Counted from the stretch's first letter, positions 8,589-17,749 are shown. The stretch: DNA of 64,000 nucleotides from Acutalibacteraceae bacterium (GCA_045637775.1 JAZUAC010000062.1:2191-66190); one strand, 5' to 3'. The notes: generated by a model not told the origin, from the letters alone. A program made the numbers and translations.

Positions 8589-9644
8589 TTAAGCCTCCAA
8601 TATCTTTTTTGTGCATTCAACAAAGGCTTCCATTTCCTCTCGGCTGCCAATTGTAATGCGGTTAAAATCCTTGATTTTTTCTTTTGTGAAGTGGCGGACA
8701 AGAATGCCGTTGTCCTTCAATTTAAGGTATAAATCCTCACCGCTGATTTTATCCGACTTGGCAAAAATGAAATTTGCTTTGGACGGAATAACATAAAATC
8801 CCAAAAGTTCAAGCTCACGGGTGGTGTATTCGCGGTTTTCGATGATTTTTTGACAATTTTCCATGTAATAATCGTTGTCTTTGACTGCCGCAACACCTGC
8901 CGCCATCGTAAGACGGTTTATGTTATAAGGGTTGGTTGAATATTTAATGCGCTCAAGGTCGGCAATCAGTTCCTCATCGGCAATACAGAAACCTAAACGA
9001 GCACCCGCCATACTGCGTGATTTTGAAAAGGTTTGAACCACCAAAAGATTTTTATATTTTTGAATAAGCGGATAGGCCGACTCACCGCCAAAGTCTACAT
9101 AAGCCTCGTCAATCACAACAACGCTGTCGGGATTGGCTTTCAATATGTCCTCGATTTGAGTCAAGGAAAGGCAAAGACCCGTGGGTGCATTGGGATTGGC
9201 AATGACCACCATTTTGCCTTCACCTTTGTAATCGGCAGGGTCAATGGAAAAATCGTCCTTCAAAGGAACGGTTACATAGTCAATACCGTGAAGTTCGGCA
9301 AAAACGCTGTAAAAACCGTAGCTTATCTCAGGGAACATTGCACCCTTTTCGGTGAATGCCATAAACGAGAAATTGAGTATATCGTCCGAACCGTTGGAAA
9401 GGAAAATATTTTCAGGGGTCACTCCGTGCAACTCGGCCAAAGCGGTTTTAAGCGCAATACCGGTCGGGTCGGAATAAAGACGAAGGTCTTTGACCTCTTG
9501 ACTGTTCACGGCCTTGATAACACCCTCTGACGGCGGAAAAGGTGACTCATTGGTATTAAGTTTTATATATTTTTTATCTCTCGGTTGCTCACCGGGGGTA
9601 TAAACCTCCAACGACGAGTACCGATTTTTCAAAAACTTACTCAT
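8589..9644 (-). CDS. hisC: Histidinol-phosphate aminotransferase
   Basis: 351 aa with a class-II aminotransferase layout: NENPFPPS-like LNTNESPFPPS, TFSKSRSMAGARLG with the PLP lysine. Sits in the his operon. Confidence 0.93.
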   Translation of the reverse strand: MSKFLKNRYSSLEVYTPGEQPRDKKYIKLNTNESPFPPSEGVIKAVNSQEVKDLRLYSDPTGIALKTALAELHGVTPENIFLSNGSDDILNFSFMAFTEKGAMFPEISYGFYSVFAELHGIDYVTVPLKDDFSIDPADYKGEGKMVVIANPNAPTGLCLSLTQIEDILKANPDSVVVIDEAYVDFGGESAYPLIQKYKNLLVVQTFSKSRSMAGARLGFCIADEELIADLERIKYSTNPYNINRLTMAAGVAAVKDNDYYMENCQKIIENREYTTRELELLGFYVIPSKANFIFAKSDKISGEDLYLKLKDNGILVRHFTKEKIKDFNRITIGSREEMEAFVECTKKILEA

Positions 9645-10921
9645 TTTTCTTCCTCAAAACGAATTGTAGCACTCTTTGCGTGTGCAGTAAGACCCTCTTT
9701 TTCGGCAAAGAAGGCAACATCGTCAGCGACCTTTTTCAAAGCGTCGCGAGTGTAGTAGGTGTACTGACTCTTTTTCACAAAATCATCAACCGACAAGGGG
9801 CTGGAGAATCTTGCGGTGCCGCTTGTGGGCAATGTGTGGTTAGGGCCTGCATAGTAGTCACCCAAAGCCTCGGGACAATATTTACCCATGAAGATACTGC
9901 CTGCGTGCTTGATTTTGTCAAGATAATCAAACGGATTGTCAACGCAAATCTCCAAGTGCTCGGGAGCAATCTCGTTGGCAATGTCGATAGCCTTCATCAG
10001 ACAGTCGGCAACAATAATTTTACCGTTATTGTCAATGGAAATGCGTGCAATCTCCGAACGACTAAGCAAAGGTATCTGCTTTTCCAAAGAGTCGCTTACC
10101 GCGTTTGCCAAATCCATACTGTCGGTGACCAAAACGGCACTTGCCATTTTGTCATGCTCGGCTTGGGACAGCAAATCGGCGGCAACAAAATCGGGGTTGC
10201 AGGTGCCGTCGGCAACAACCAAAATCTCACTCGGGCCTGCAATCATATCAATCGAAACAAGGCCGAAAACCTGACGCTTGGCTTCGGCAACAAAGGCGTT
10301 ACCGGGGCCAACAATCTTGTCAACCTTGGGGACGGTTTCGGTGCCGTACGAGAGTGCGGCGATAGCCTGAGCGCCACCTGTTTTAAAGATTCGGTCAACA
10401 CCTGCAATTTTTGCGGCGGCAAGAATTACGGGGTTTACCTTACCGTCGGCACTCGGCGGTGTGGTTATGCAAATTTCCTTACATCCTGCAATTTTTGCGG
10501 GGATACTGTCCATCAAAACGGTGGAAGGGTAAGCGGCTGTGCCACCGGGAACATAAAGACCAACCTTTTCAATGGGTGTGACCTTTTGTCCTGTGACAAT
10601 ACCGTCTTTTTCCGAGATAATGAAGCTCTGTCTTACCTGCTTTTCGTGGAAATTGCGGATGTTTTCGGCAGCAGTGCGAATAATTTCCAAAAACTTGGGC
10701 TCGACCGCATTAAAAGCCTCTTCGATTTCGGCTTCGCTAACCTCTAAAGAGGTCAAAACTGCCTTGTCAAACTTTTCGGCATATTTAATAAGAGCCTTAT
10801 CGCCGTTTTGTTTTACATCCTCAATAATTTCGGTAACAATGGATGACACATCGGTAGCGGCGGTGCCACGGGCAAAAATTTCACTGTTCGGCACATCGCC
10901 GTATTTCAAAATCTTAATCAT
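9641..10921 (-). CDS. hisD: Histidinol dehydrogenase
   Basis: 426 aa: ...GPGNAFVAEAKR...AGPSE...QAEHD...PEHLE...GDYYAGPNHTLPT is canonical HisD. Confidence 0.97.
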   Translation of the reverse strand: MIKILKYGDVPNSEIFARGTAATDVSSIVTEIIEDVKQNGDKALIKYAEKFDKAVLTSLEVSEAEIEEAFNAVEPKFLEIIRTAAENIRNFHEKQVRQSFIISEKDGIVTGQKVTPIEKVGLYVPGGTAAYPSTVLMDSIPAKIAGCKEICITTPPSADGKVNPVILAAAKIAGVDRIFKTGGAQAIAALSYGTETVPKVDKIVGPGNAFVAEAKRQVFGLVSIDMIAGPSEILVVADGTCNPDFVAADLLSQAEHDKMASAVLVTDSMDLANAVSDSLEKQIPLLSRSEIARISIDNNGKIIVADCLMKAIDIANEIAPEHLEICVDNPFDYLDKIKHAGSIFMGKYCPEALGDYYAGPNHTLPTSGTARFSSPLSVDDFVKKSQYTYYTRDALKKVADDVAFFAEKEGLTAHAKSATIRFEEEK

Positions 10922-11549
10922 TTGATTTCACCTGCTTTAAAAGTCCCTCACGGACTTTTTCAATCAATTCGTTTTTAAACTTGTAACTCGACTTGTTGGC
11001 AATAAGACGGGCACTAATGGGGAGTATAGTTTCCTTTGGTTCAAGGTCGTTTTCCAACAAGGTTTTGCCGGTTTCAACAATATCAACTATAACATCCGAA
11101 AGTCCCAAAATCGGGGCAATCTCAATTGAACCGTTGAGCTTGATAATGTCAATATCGCGGCACTTTTCGGCATAAAACTTTGATGCGATGTTGGTGAACT
11201 TGGTTGCAACGCGCAAGGTTGAGTTGGGGTCATCTCTGAAATCCTTTTTTGCGGCAACGGCCATACGGCACTTGCCCAACCCTAAATCAAGCAGCTCATA
11301 AACATCGGGCGAATATTCAAGCAAAATATCCTTGCCTGCAACACCAATGTCAGCGGCTCCGCGTTCAACATAGATAGCAACATCGGAGGGCTTTACCCAA
11401 AAGTAACGAACACCAACCTCTGTATTTTCAAAGATCAGCTTGCGGTTAGGCTCTTTTATAGAAGGGCAGGGGAAACCGCTTTTTTCAAACATATCGTAAA
11501 CCTTTTCACCCAAGCGACCCTTGGGAAGTGCCACATTAATCATTTCCAT
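10914..11549 (-). CDS. hisG: ATP phosphoribosyltransferase, short (HisZ-dependent) form
   Basis: 211 aa (short form): ALPKGRL...LDLGLGKCRMAVA...VATKFTNIA...IVETGKTL. Confidence 0.95.
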   Translation of the reverse strand: MEMINVALPKGRLGEKVYDMFEKSGFPCPSIKEPNRKLIFENTEVGVRYFWVKPSDVAIYVERGAADIGVAGKDILLEYSPDVYELLDLGLGKCRMAVAAKKDFRDDPNSTLRVATKFTNIASKFYAEKCRDIDIIKLNGSIEIAPILGLSDVIVDIVETGKTLLENDLEPKETILPISARLIANKSSYKFKNELIEKVREGLLKQVKSND

Positions 11550-12645
11550 TTACGGTTTCCAATCCTTTCTCGGTTATTTTAAGCAACTGGCGGAAGCGAA
11601 GATTTTGAGGCACTTCTTTGGCAACAAGCACCGAATTACCGCCCGAGGACAGCATTTCAGAGGTCTTGATAGCGGCGGCAATATCCTCACCGTACAAAAG
11701 CACGGTATCAACATCATATTCAGCCAAATTTCGGTCATAACGGCCGAGTTCATCAAGATAAACGGCAAAACCAATAGCACCTGCGGTGCGGTGAAGCTTT
11801 TTCATCAGCTTGTCATACTGACCGCCCGATAAAACGGCATCGGGAATATTGCGGATGTAACCCTTAAAGACCACACCGCTGTAATAACTCATTGTGCCGA
11901 TGCAGGAAAAATCAACAATAAGCTTGACATTACTGCCAAGGCCCGAAAGCACGTTGTATATGGTTTCAAACTCGGTCAATGCGCTCAAAACCGCATCGGA
12001 CGAATAGACCGATTTAACCGCATTGAAGGCATCTGCGGCCGAAACATAGTTTTTGGTGAACACGGTCAAGCATTCGGGTGCAATACCGTTATCCTCGCAA
12101 AGTCCCTTCAAATCGTCGGTGTTTTTGGAATTGATAAAGGTGATAACCTTTGTGCGAAGCTCTTTTGACAGATTCAACTCGTCAAAAGCGGCCTCAATCA
12201 GTCCAACGTGTGACATTTCAAGCAAAGAGTTACTGTCAACCGTTTCAAGACTCTTGACTGCAAGGCTCAAAACTTCGCAAACCTCAAAAAGACCGATATT
12301 TCCGATGCACTCCAAACCTGTTTGCATAATTTCCTTATAGGTGTGGGTGCTGCCAGAAATACGGTAGACATTCTCATTATAATAAAGCTTGTGCACACCG
12401 TCTGAATCCTTTGAGTTGTTGATTATAGACAGAGTGACGTCGGGCTTTAATGCCTTTAATCTTCCGTTAGTGTCGGTAAAGGTTATAATGCCGTCGGACA
12501 CAAGGAAGTCCTTGTTTCTGACATAAAGGTCATACTCCTCAAACTTGCTCATTTTAAATTGAGTGTAACCGAAACGGCGATAAAGTGAGCGAAGGGCATA
12601 GACCGCCGCTTCTTCACGTTTTAACAATCTTTCGTCAATAGCCAT
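11536..12645 (-). CDS. hisZ: ATP phosphoribosyltransferase regulatory subunit (HisRS paralog)
   Basis: Class-II aaRS-like sequence, first gene of the operon. Start set at ATG 12645 (MAIDERLL...) with GGAGG 5 nt upstream rather than the ORF-track ATG 12696. Confidence 0.9.
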   Translation of the reverse strand: MAIDERLLKREEAAVYALRSLYRRFGYTQFKMSKFEEYDLYVRNKDFLVSDGIITFTDTNGRLKALKPDVTLSIINNSKDSDGVHKLYYNENVYRISGSTHTYKEIMQTGLECIGNIGLFEVCEVLSLAVKSLETVDSNSLLEMSHVGLIEAAFDELNLSKELRTKVITFINSKNTDDLKGLCEDNGIAPECLTVFTKNYVSAADAFNAVKSVYSSDAVLSALTEFETIYNVLSGLGSNVKLIVDFSCIGTMSYYSGVVFKGYIRNIPDAVLSGGQYDKLMKKLHRTAGAIGFAVYLDELGRYDRNLAEYDVDTVLLYGEDIAAAIKTSEMLSSGGNSVLVAKEVPQNLRFRQLLKITEKGLETVNGND

Positions 12646-12755
12646 TTTTACCTCCAAAAAAGAGAATAGTATACCCTTGAGTGTTCTTTGTTTCATTACT
12701 CTACCATATTAGCAGACTAAAGTCAAGAGTTTTATTTATAAATTTTATGTTTTTA

Positions 12756-12784
12756 TTGACTTAAAACGAAGCCTATTATACAAT
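12756..12784 (+). promoter_or_regulatory. Putative sigma-A promoter TTGACT-17-TACAAT
   Basis: -35 at 12756-12761, -10 at 12779-12784, about 30 nt upstream of the SGNH hydrolase gene. Confidence 0.55.
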
Positions 12785-12811
12785 GTATATATAAATTTAT
12801 CAATAGCAAGG

Positions 12812-13897
12812 ATGATAAAAGTGAGTGATATTTCAAAAATTGATAAAAATTTTGCCGTAAAACCCATTGAAACGGACCAAGATACTGTATTTTTCAACTG
12901 CTTGGAAGAGCCTTTTAAGGTTTATGGCCTTATGTTCCCCCAAAACGAGGACGACGTTTTCCACAGAATGCCTTACGAGGTTGCAAAAACTGTGAACGAA
13001 GGTGTCCATACACTCAATCACCATTCCGCAGGCGGCCGTGTGAAGTTCAGAACAAATTCTCCGTATATCGTCATTCGTGCAAAGGAGCCTGCCATCTACC
13101 GTGCACCGCATTTCACCCTTTGCGGAAGCGCAGGCTTTGACCTTTACAAAAATGTTAACGGAGAGGATATGTACGTCAGCTCGTTTATGCCGCCCTTTGA
13201 TATGAAGGATGGCTTCGAGGCCAAAAGGGAAACAGAACTTGACGGAGAAACCGATATTACCATTCATTTTCCGCTTTATTCAAGGGTCAAAAGCCTTGAG
13301 ATAGGAATTAAGGTAGGCTCAACGCTCAAAGCCGCCGATGATTATAATTATACCGTTCCCGTTGTTTATTACGGTTCTTCCATCACTCAAGGAGGATGTG
13401 CATCGCGTCCCGGTATGGCTTATCAGAACATTATCTCGCGTGAGCTTTCTTGCGACCACATAAACCTCGGTTTTTCGGGCAGTGCGAAGGCAGAGGATAC
13501 CATTGCCGAATATATTGCAGGGCTTACAATGTCGGTCTTTGTTTATGACTACGACCACAACGCCCCAAGCCTTGAGCATTTGCAGAACACACATTCAAGA
13601 ATGTTCAAAATCATCCGCGAAAAGCAGCCTGATTTGCCAATTATTATGGTTTCGGCACCCAACGGACGTCCCAATGCCGCTTGGAAGCATCGCCGTGATG
13701 TTATCAAGGCAACCTATGATGAAGCAATTGCCAACGGTGACCGAAATGTTTGGTTTATTGACGGCAGTGAAATGATGAAATTCCCCGGTGGCAATGAAGC
13801 TACCGTTGACAACTGTCACCCCACCGACCTCGGATTCAGACGCATGGCCGATGTTATCGGCGCCGCAGTTAAAGAGGTTTTGGAAAAGATTAAGTAA
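12812..13897 (+). CDS. SGNH/GDSL-type hydrolase (esterase) with N-terminal beta-sandwich-like region
   Basis: Block I VVYYGSSITQG, block III GFSGS, block V DNCHPTD. The start could instead be GTG 12821. Confidence 0.8.
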   Translation: MIKVSDISKIDKNFAVKPIETDQDTVFFNCLEEPFKVYGLMFPQNEDDVFHRMPYEVAKTVNEGVHTLNHHSAGGRVKFRTNSPYIVIRAKEPAIYRAPHFTLCGSAGFDLYKNVNGEDMYVSSFMPPFDMKDGFEAKRETELDGETDITIHFPLYSRVKSLEIGIKVGSTLKAADDYNYTVPVVYYGSSITQGGCASRPGMAYQNIISRELSCDHINLGFSGSAKAEDTIAEYIAGLTMSVFVYDYDHNAPSLEHLQNTHSRMFKIIREKQPDLPIIMVSAPNGRPNAAWKHRRDVIKATYDEAIANGDRNVWFIDGSEMMKFPGGNEATVDNCHPTDLGFRRMADVIGAAVKEVLEKIK

Positions 13898-13931
13898 CAA
13901 ATAGCAAAAATCGAACGTAAGAGGTGGTATT

Positions 13932-15713
13932 TTGTTAAAAGTGTCAAGGACTATAGGGTGTATATTACTATCCTTGTGTCTTGTTGCATCGATTATAGTA
14001 TACCATAGTATAAAACCGAACCCGGTTGATACAGCAACCACAACGCCTGAGGGTGTTTCAACCGAAAAGATAACCTTTGCCGACTCAAACGGCAAAGCGG
14101 TATTCAGAATTGTTCGACCCGATGCTGTGAGTCCAAGTGCAGGACCAACAGCGGTCAGTATTTTCAAGACCTATAAAGAAAAATACAGTGTCGCACCGAA
14201 GCAGGTCACCGATGCAGAAAACGGCGATGGTGTGCGAGAAATACTTGTCGGCAATTGTAACCGCGATGCCACCAAAAAAGCACAACAAATTTTTAATGAA
14301 CAAAGCTCGGGGAAAGAGTCGGATTTCTTGATTTGTTCAATAGGTGACGATATCGTTATCCTTGGTGGGTGCGACAGGTCTTTGGTTGCTGCGGGAGATT
14401 ATTTCGTACAAAATATTTTGTCCAATGAGCACCTAAACGGCATTTATTACCACTACAAGGGCAACGAGGGTGTAATGCAGGTCTGCAATATATCAAGCCT
14501 TTCAAGGTTTACCGTTGTCAGACCGATTTACAATGTATCCTACATTACACAGCTTGAGACCGATAAGCTATGTGACCTTCTGTATGCAAAAACAGGTTAC
14601 GAGGTCAAAACAGTACATGACAATATCGCGGTAGATAACCCTGACCCGACTGCTCGCGGCGGTCTGCTCGAAAAAACCGATGCCACCGAGTATGAGATTG
14701 TTATAGGCAACTGCGACCGTGAGGGTGTCAACCATATTAAAACGGCAGATAATTACGAAATCCGAATTGAGGATAAAAAGATATTTTTAAATGGTGGCAG
14801 TCCTTACGCTACTGCCATGGCGGTTTCAGAGTTTATAAAACTTGTTGAAAACAATGATGTTATCGAGCCGTCGATGTCGGTCGAAAGAGGCAGCTATTTA
14901 AAGGTCATCCATGATTATGACAAAAAGACCTATTACCGTCCTACTTGGAAGGACGAGTTTAACGGTACCGAAATAGACGAGACTAAATGGCGTATTTCAT
15001 GGGATGCCAAGAGTGAAACCTCGGTTGACGGAAAACCTTGTTACCGCGGCAGCAGCAAATTGAAAAATAACTATGTCAAAGACGGTAAGCTGTATATTGA
15101 GGCGGTCAAAACCGAGGACGCTTATTACGGCGGAATGTTAAAAACCGACCGAACAATGGAATTTTTGTATGGCTACCTTGAAATTTCCGATATTCACCCC
15201 AAGGGTAACGGCTTTTGGACAGCACTTTGGACCATTTCAAAATCTAACAGATACAACAAGGATATGTGGTACAGCGAGACTGATATTGATGAATCGTTCG
15301 GCGAAGGTTATATGATAAAGGGTAATCTTTGGGCATGGCCTACATCATACGGACGCAATCAGCTTAATCTTAATAACGGAAGAAGCGATACCGTTAAGGA
15401 CCACGGTGAATATAACAGCACCGATTCAAGAGAACTGTGGATGGACTTCCATACTTATGGACTCGAATGGATCGATAATAAGACTATTCGTTTTACAATA
15501 GACGGTTATGTTTGGCGTGAGACCGAACTCACCGAAGAGGAACTGCAAAAAGTATATTCGCAGTATATGGTTGTGCAGATAAGCATGGCTACCGCATTCC
15601 CGTCAAGAGGACTTGTCACACAGGACGAATGGCAATGGAGAAACACCAACAAGTTTATTGTGGATTGGATCTATCTCTATCAGCTTGAGGGTCACGGACT
15701 TATGAGGCATTAA
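13932..15713 (+). CDS. Membrane-anchored glycoside hydrolase family 16-like beta-glucanase with duplicated N-terminal domain
   Basis: The C-terminal ~260 aa carry GYLEISD...GNGFWTALWT...SETDIDESFG, which fits the GH16 ExDxxE catalytic motif. N-terminal TM anchor, plus two ~115-aa repeats each with (I/L)xxGNC(N/D)R(D/E). Confidence 0.75.
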   Translation: MLKVSRTIGCILLSLCLVASIIVYHSIKPNPVDTATTTPEGVSTEKITFADSNGKAVFRIVRPDAVSPSAGPTAVSIFKTYKEKYSVAPKQVTDAENGDGVREILVGNCNRDATKKAQQIFNEQSSGKESDFLICSIGDDIVILGGCDRSLVAAGDYFVQNILSNEHLNGIYYHYKGNEGVMQVCNISSLSRFTVVRPIYNVSYITQLETDKLCDLLYAKTGYEVKTVHDNIAVDNPDPTARGGLLEKTDATEYEIVIGNCDREGVNHIKTADNYEIRIEDKKIFLNGGSPYATAMAVSEFIKLVENNDVIEPSMSVERGSYLKVIHDYDKKTYYRPTWKDEFNGTEIDETKWRISWDAKSETSVDGKPCYRGSSKLKNNYVKDGKLYIEAVKTEDAYYGGMLKTDRTMEFLYGYLEISDIHPKGNGFWTALWTISKSNRYNKDMWYSETDIDESFGEGYMIKGNLWAWPTSYGRNQLNLNNGRSDTVKDHGEYNSTDSRELWMDFHTYGLEWIDNKTIRFTIDGYVWRETELTEEELQKVYSQYMVVQISMATAFPSRGLVTQDEWQWRNTNKFIVDWIYLYQLEGHGLMRH

Positions 15714-15730
15714 AGATAAAACGCAAGCTA

Positions 15731-15773
15731 TGTAGCGGAGAAATTCGCGGTCGATTCATGAATCGACCCTACA
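15731..15773. repeat. GTAG-type REP-like hairpin unit(s)
   Basis: TGTAGCGGAGAAATTC-GCGGTCGATTCATGAATCGACCCTACA. The second unit matches unit 9 of the 17.1-kb cluster with one loop difference (cat vs cgt). Confidence 0.7.
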
Positions 15774-15820
15774 AGAGAACGCAAGTCGGTTGTGTTTTGT
15801 TGAGTTTAATAAAAGAGAAA

Positions 15821-15857
15821 AAACCGCTTTCATCTCTTGATTGGATGAAAGCGGTTT
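15821..15857. terminator. Bidirectional intrinsic terminator
   Basis: AAACCGCTTTCATC-loop-GATGAAAGCGGTTT, a perfect 14-bp stem with an A-run before and a T-rich tail after. Between convergent GH16 and AraC genes. Confidence 0.75.
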
Positions 15858-15861
15858 GTCA

Positions 15862-16656
15862 TTATATTTTCTTTAATGTCCTATAATATCTTGGGGTCAT
15901 ACCGGTTGTTTCGCGGAAGACCTTGCCAAAGTAGCTCGGGCTTTTAAATCCGCACATTGTACCGATAGTTTCGGCGGGATAGGCAGTGTTTATAAGATAC
16001 TGCTTCGCTTTGGCACAGCGAATGTGCTTCAAACGGTCAAAAACCGTGTTACCTGTAATGCGTTGGTACTGCTTACACAAAACAAACTTGTTCATGGAAA
16101 ATGCAGCGGCAATCTCGTCGAGAGACAAATCCTTGGCAAAGTTGGTTTCAAGATATTGGTCAACCCTTTCGGCAAGTGTTATAGTCGGAGCAAAGTGCGA
16201 CTCCAAAAATTCGGCAACAAAAGAATATATCGCTGTCGAACGAGATATTACTGTACTGTTGCCTATGCAATGAAAATACAGCGAACGTGCGGTTTGGGTA
16301 AATTCGTCGGTTGCATCAAAGCAAAACCAGTCACCTGCGCCGTAATGTTCAAAAAGCCCCTCCATGCCGTAAAAGGTCAGCCATGAGCTTGAGAAAATGT
16401 CGTCCTTACCGGGATAGTATTCGTGCGGAAGATTTGCTTTGAAATAGATACCCTGACCCTTTTTTAAGGTCACAGTTTCCTCACCGAATTTGAAGATGCC
16501 TTCTCCCTCATCGACCCACAAAAAGTGGTGGCTTTTGTAGCCGTTTGCGCGTGTCATATGCTCCTGATAAGGGCATGAGCCGATGCTGTCCAGCAAAATT
16601 GCCAGCTTGCCCGATTTGAAGTAATCGTTAACGTTGTCCTTGATTTCAAAAAACAT
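15862..16656 (-). CDS. AraC family transcriptional regulator (cupin + HTH)
   Basis: C-terminal LSLDEIAAAFSMNKFVLCKQYQRITG...MTPRYYR. Start set at ATG 16656 (MFFEIKDN...); the longer ORF N-terminus is implausible. Confidence 0.85.
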   Translation of the reverse strand: MFFEIKDNVNDYFKSGKLAILLDSIGSCPYQEHMTRANGYKSHHFLWVDEGEGIFKFGEETVTLKKGQGIYFKANLPHEYYPGKDDIFSSSWLTFYGMEGLFEHYGAGDWFCFDATDEFTQTARSLYFHCIGNSTVISRSTAIYSFVAEFLESHFAPTITLAERVDQYLETNFAKDLSLDEIAAAFSMNKFVLCKQYQRITGNTVFDRLKHIRCAKAKQYLINTAYPAETIGTMCGFKSPSYFGKVFRETTGMTPRYYRTLKKI

Positions 16657-16783
16657 AACAATATCCTTATATAAAAAGTTTGATTTTGGGGTAAACGCCG
16701 CCGCTTGTGACAATTTTATTATAAAACAAACTTTGTAAAAAGTAAAGAAGAATGTAAGGGACGGCATAGGCTAATTGGCTTTT

Positions 16784-17153
16784 TGTAGGGGGTTCGACTG
16801 TCCGCAGTAAGACCGCTTTTCGGGTATGTTTTGTAGGGAACGGCGATTTCGACGTCCCGCGGGTTAACGCAAATTTGCGGGAGGATAATATCCTCCCCTA
16901 CAAAATCGGCTAATTGACCATTGTAGGGAATGGATTTATCCATTCCGCAAGAAACATAATCCTCGGCAGGGATAAATCCCTGCCCTACACAACACGGCAA
17001 AGAAACCCTTGTAGGGGAGGGCCTCTGTGCCCTCCCGAAGAAAAAAACAAGCCTTGCGGGAGGATAATATCCTCCCCTACAAATGGCTTTCGAGTGTATT
17101 TTGTAGGGGTGCTTCATGAAGCACCCGCGGTCGATTCGTGAATCGACCCTACA
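16784..17153. repeat. Cluster of 9 GTAG-type REP-like hairpins in alternating orientation (BIME/REPIN-like array)
   Basis: The consensus is TGTAG-GG[variable 7-10 bp arm]-loop-[arm']CC-GC. Forward units start at 16784 (degenerate), 16832, 16922, 17010 and 17102. Reverse units are at 16877-16902, 16964-16989, 17056-17081 and 17127-17153. Units 3 and 7 are identical. Confidence 0.8.
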
Positions 17154-17155
17154 TT

Positions 17156-17200
17156 TTACAATATTGTAATGAGTCACTTCATGTTGTTACAACATTGTAA
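17156..17200. promoter_or_regulatory. Two TTACAAnnTTGTAA palindromes; candidate operator pair
   Basis: TTACAATATTGTAA (17156-17169) is a perfect 14-bp palindrome. TTACAACATTGTAA (17187-17200) follows with centres 31 bp apart, about 90-130 nt upstream of the lipoprotein gene. Confidence 0.4.
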
Positions 17201-17284
17201 TATCTAACACCTAATTTGTAACCGCTTTGAGGTTGTTTTGGTGTGTTGAGGTGTGGTAATATTTAGGTGACAGGAGGTGTCATT

Positions 17285-17749
17285 ATGAAAAAATTATTAG
17301 CAATGGTTCTTATTTTAGTTGTGTTTGGCGTGTTTACGGCCTGCGGTTCGAGCGATGAAAATACTGACGTTGAATCTTCCGAGCCTAAAGCATCTACTCA
17401 AAGCGAGAAAACCAAGCCCGAAAGTAACCCATCCGAAACAGCAAGCGTGCCATCCGAGGACAACAAGGTGACCGAAGAGTATATCACCGTGCCTGACGGA
17501 TTTGAGTATTCAAAATGGCAGCTTAAGGTCAATGGAAAGCTCTATTATGGTACTGACGAAGACGGTCCCATGGGCGACAGCGGATGTGTTGAGGGCAGGA
17601 TAGTCGGAACTGTTGGTGAGGGCGAGACCCCAACCGATGATGGATATTCCAATTTCGGTTCGGTCGGAAAGGGATATACCTATGACGATAATGGTTCGAT
17701 TCAGGTGTTTACTCCCGATGGATGTTGGAGATATTTTAAAGTTCGTTAG
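17285..17749 (+). CDS. Lipoprotein of unknown function (shared C-terminal domain with next gene)
   Basis: Start at ATG 17285 (AGGAGG upstream). Signal peptide plus lipobox: MKKLLAMVLILVVFGVFTAC. The C-terminal ~85 aa are paralogous to 17779..18591. Confidence 0.7.
   Translation: MKKLLAMVLILVVFGVFTACGSSDENTDVESSEPKASTQSEKTKPESNPSETASVPSEDNKVTEEYITVPDGFEYSKWQLKVNGKLYYGTDEDGPMGDSGCVEGRIVGTVGEGETPTDDGYSNFGSVGKGYTYDDNGSIQVFTPDGCWRYFKVR

Noticed and set aside
9680-10747. Long antisense ORFs: 9680..10747 (+), 18852..19670 (+), 23192..24136 (-), 40411..41220 (-), 56928..57797 (-)
   Set aside because: All lie fully inside, and opposite to, strongly supported genes (hisD, prfC, jag, the ABC gene, ispH-S1). 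Their translations are Gly/Val/Asn/Leu-rich shadow sequences with no start context.
12646-12811. T-box riboswitch or attenuator leader for the his operon
   Set aside because: The region is too short, and it lacks the conserved T-box 14-mer, a specifier loop or a His-codon-rich leader ORF. It is shared with the divergent SGNH promoter.
16719-17177. 152-aa minus-strand ORF spanning the REP array
   Set aside because: The reading frame is produced by the hairpin repeats themselves (peptides such as VGQGFIPAE and VGEDIILPQ are translated arms). There is no RBS.
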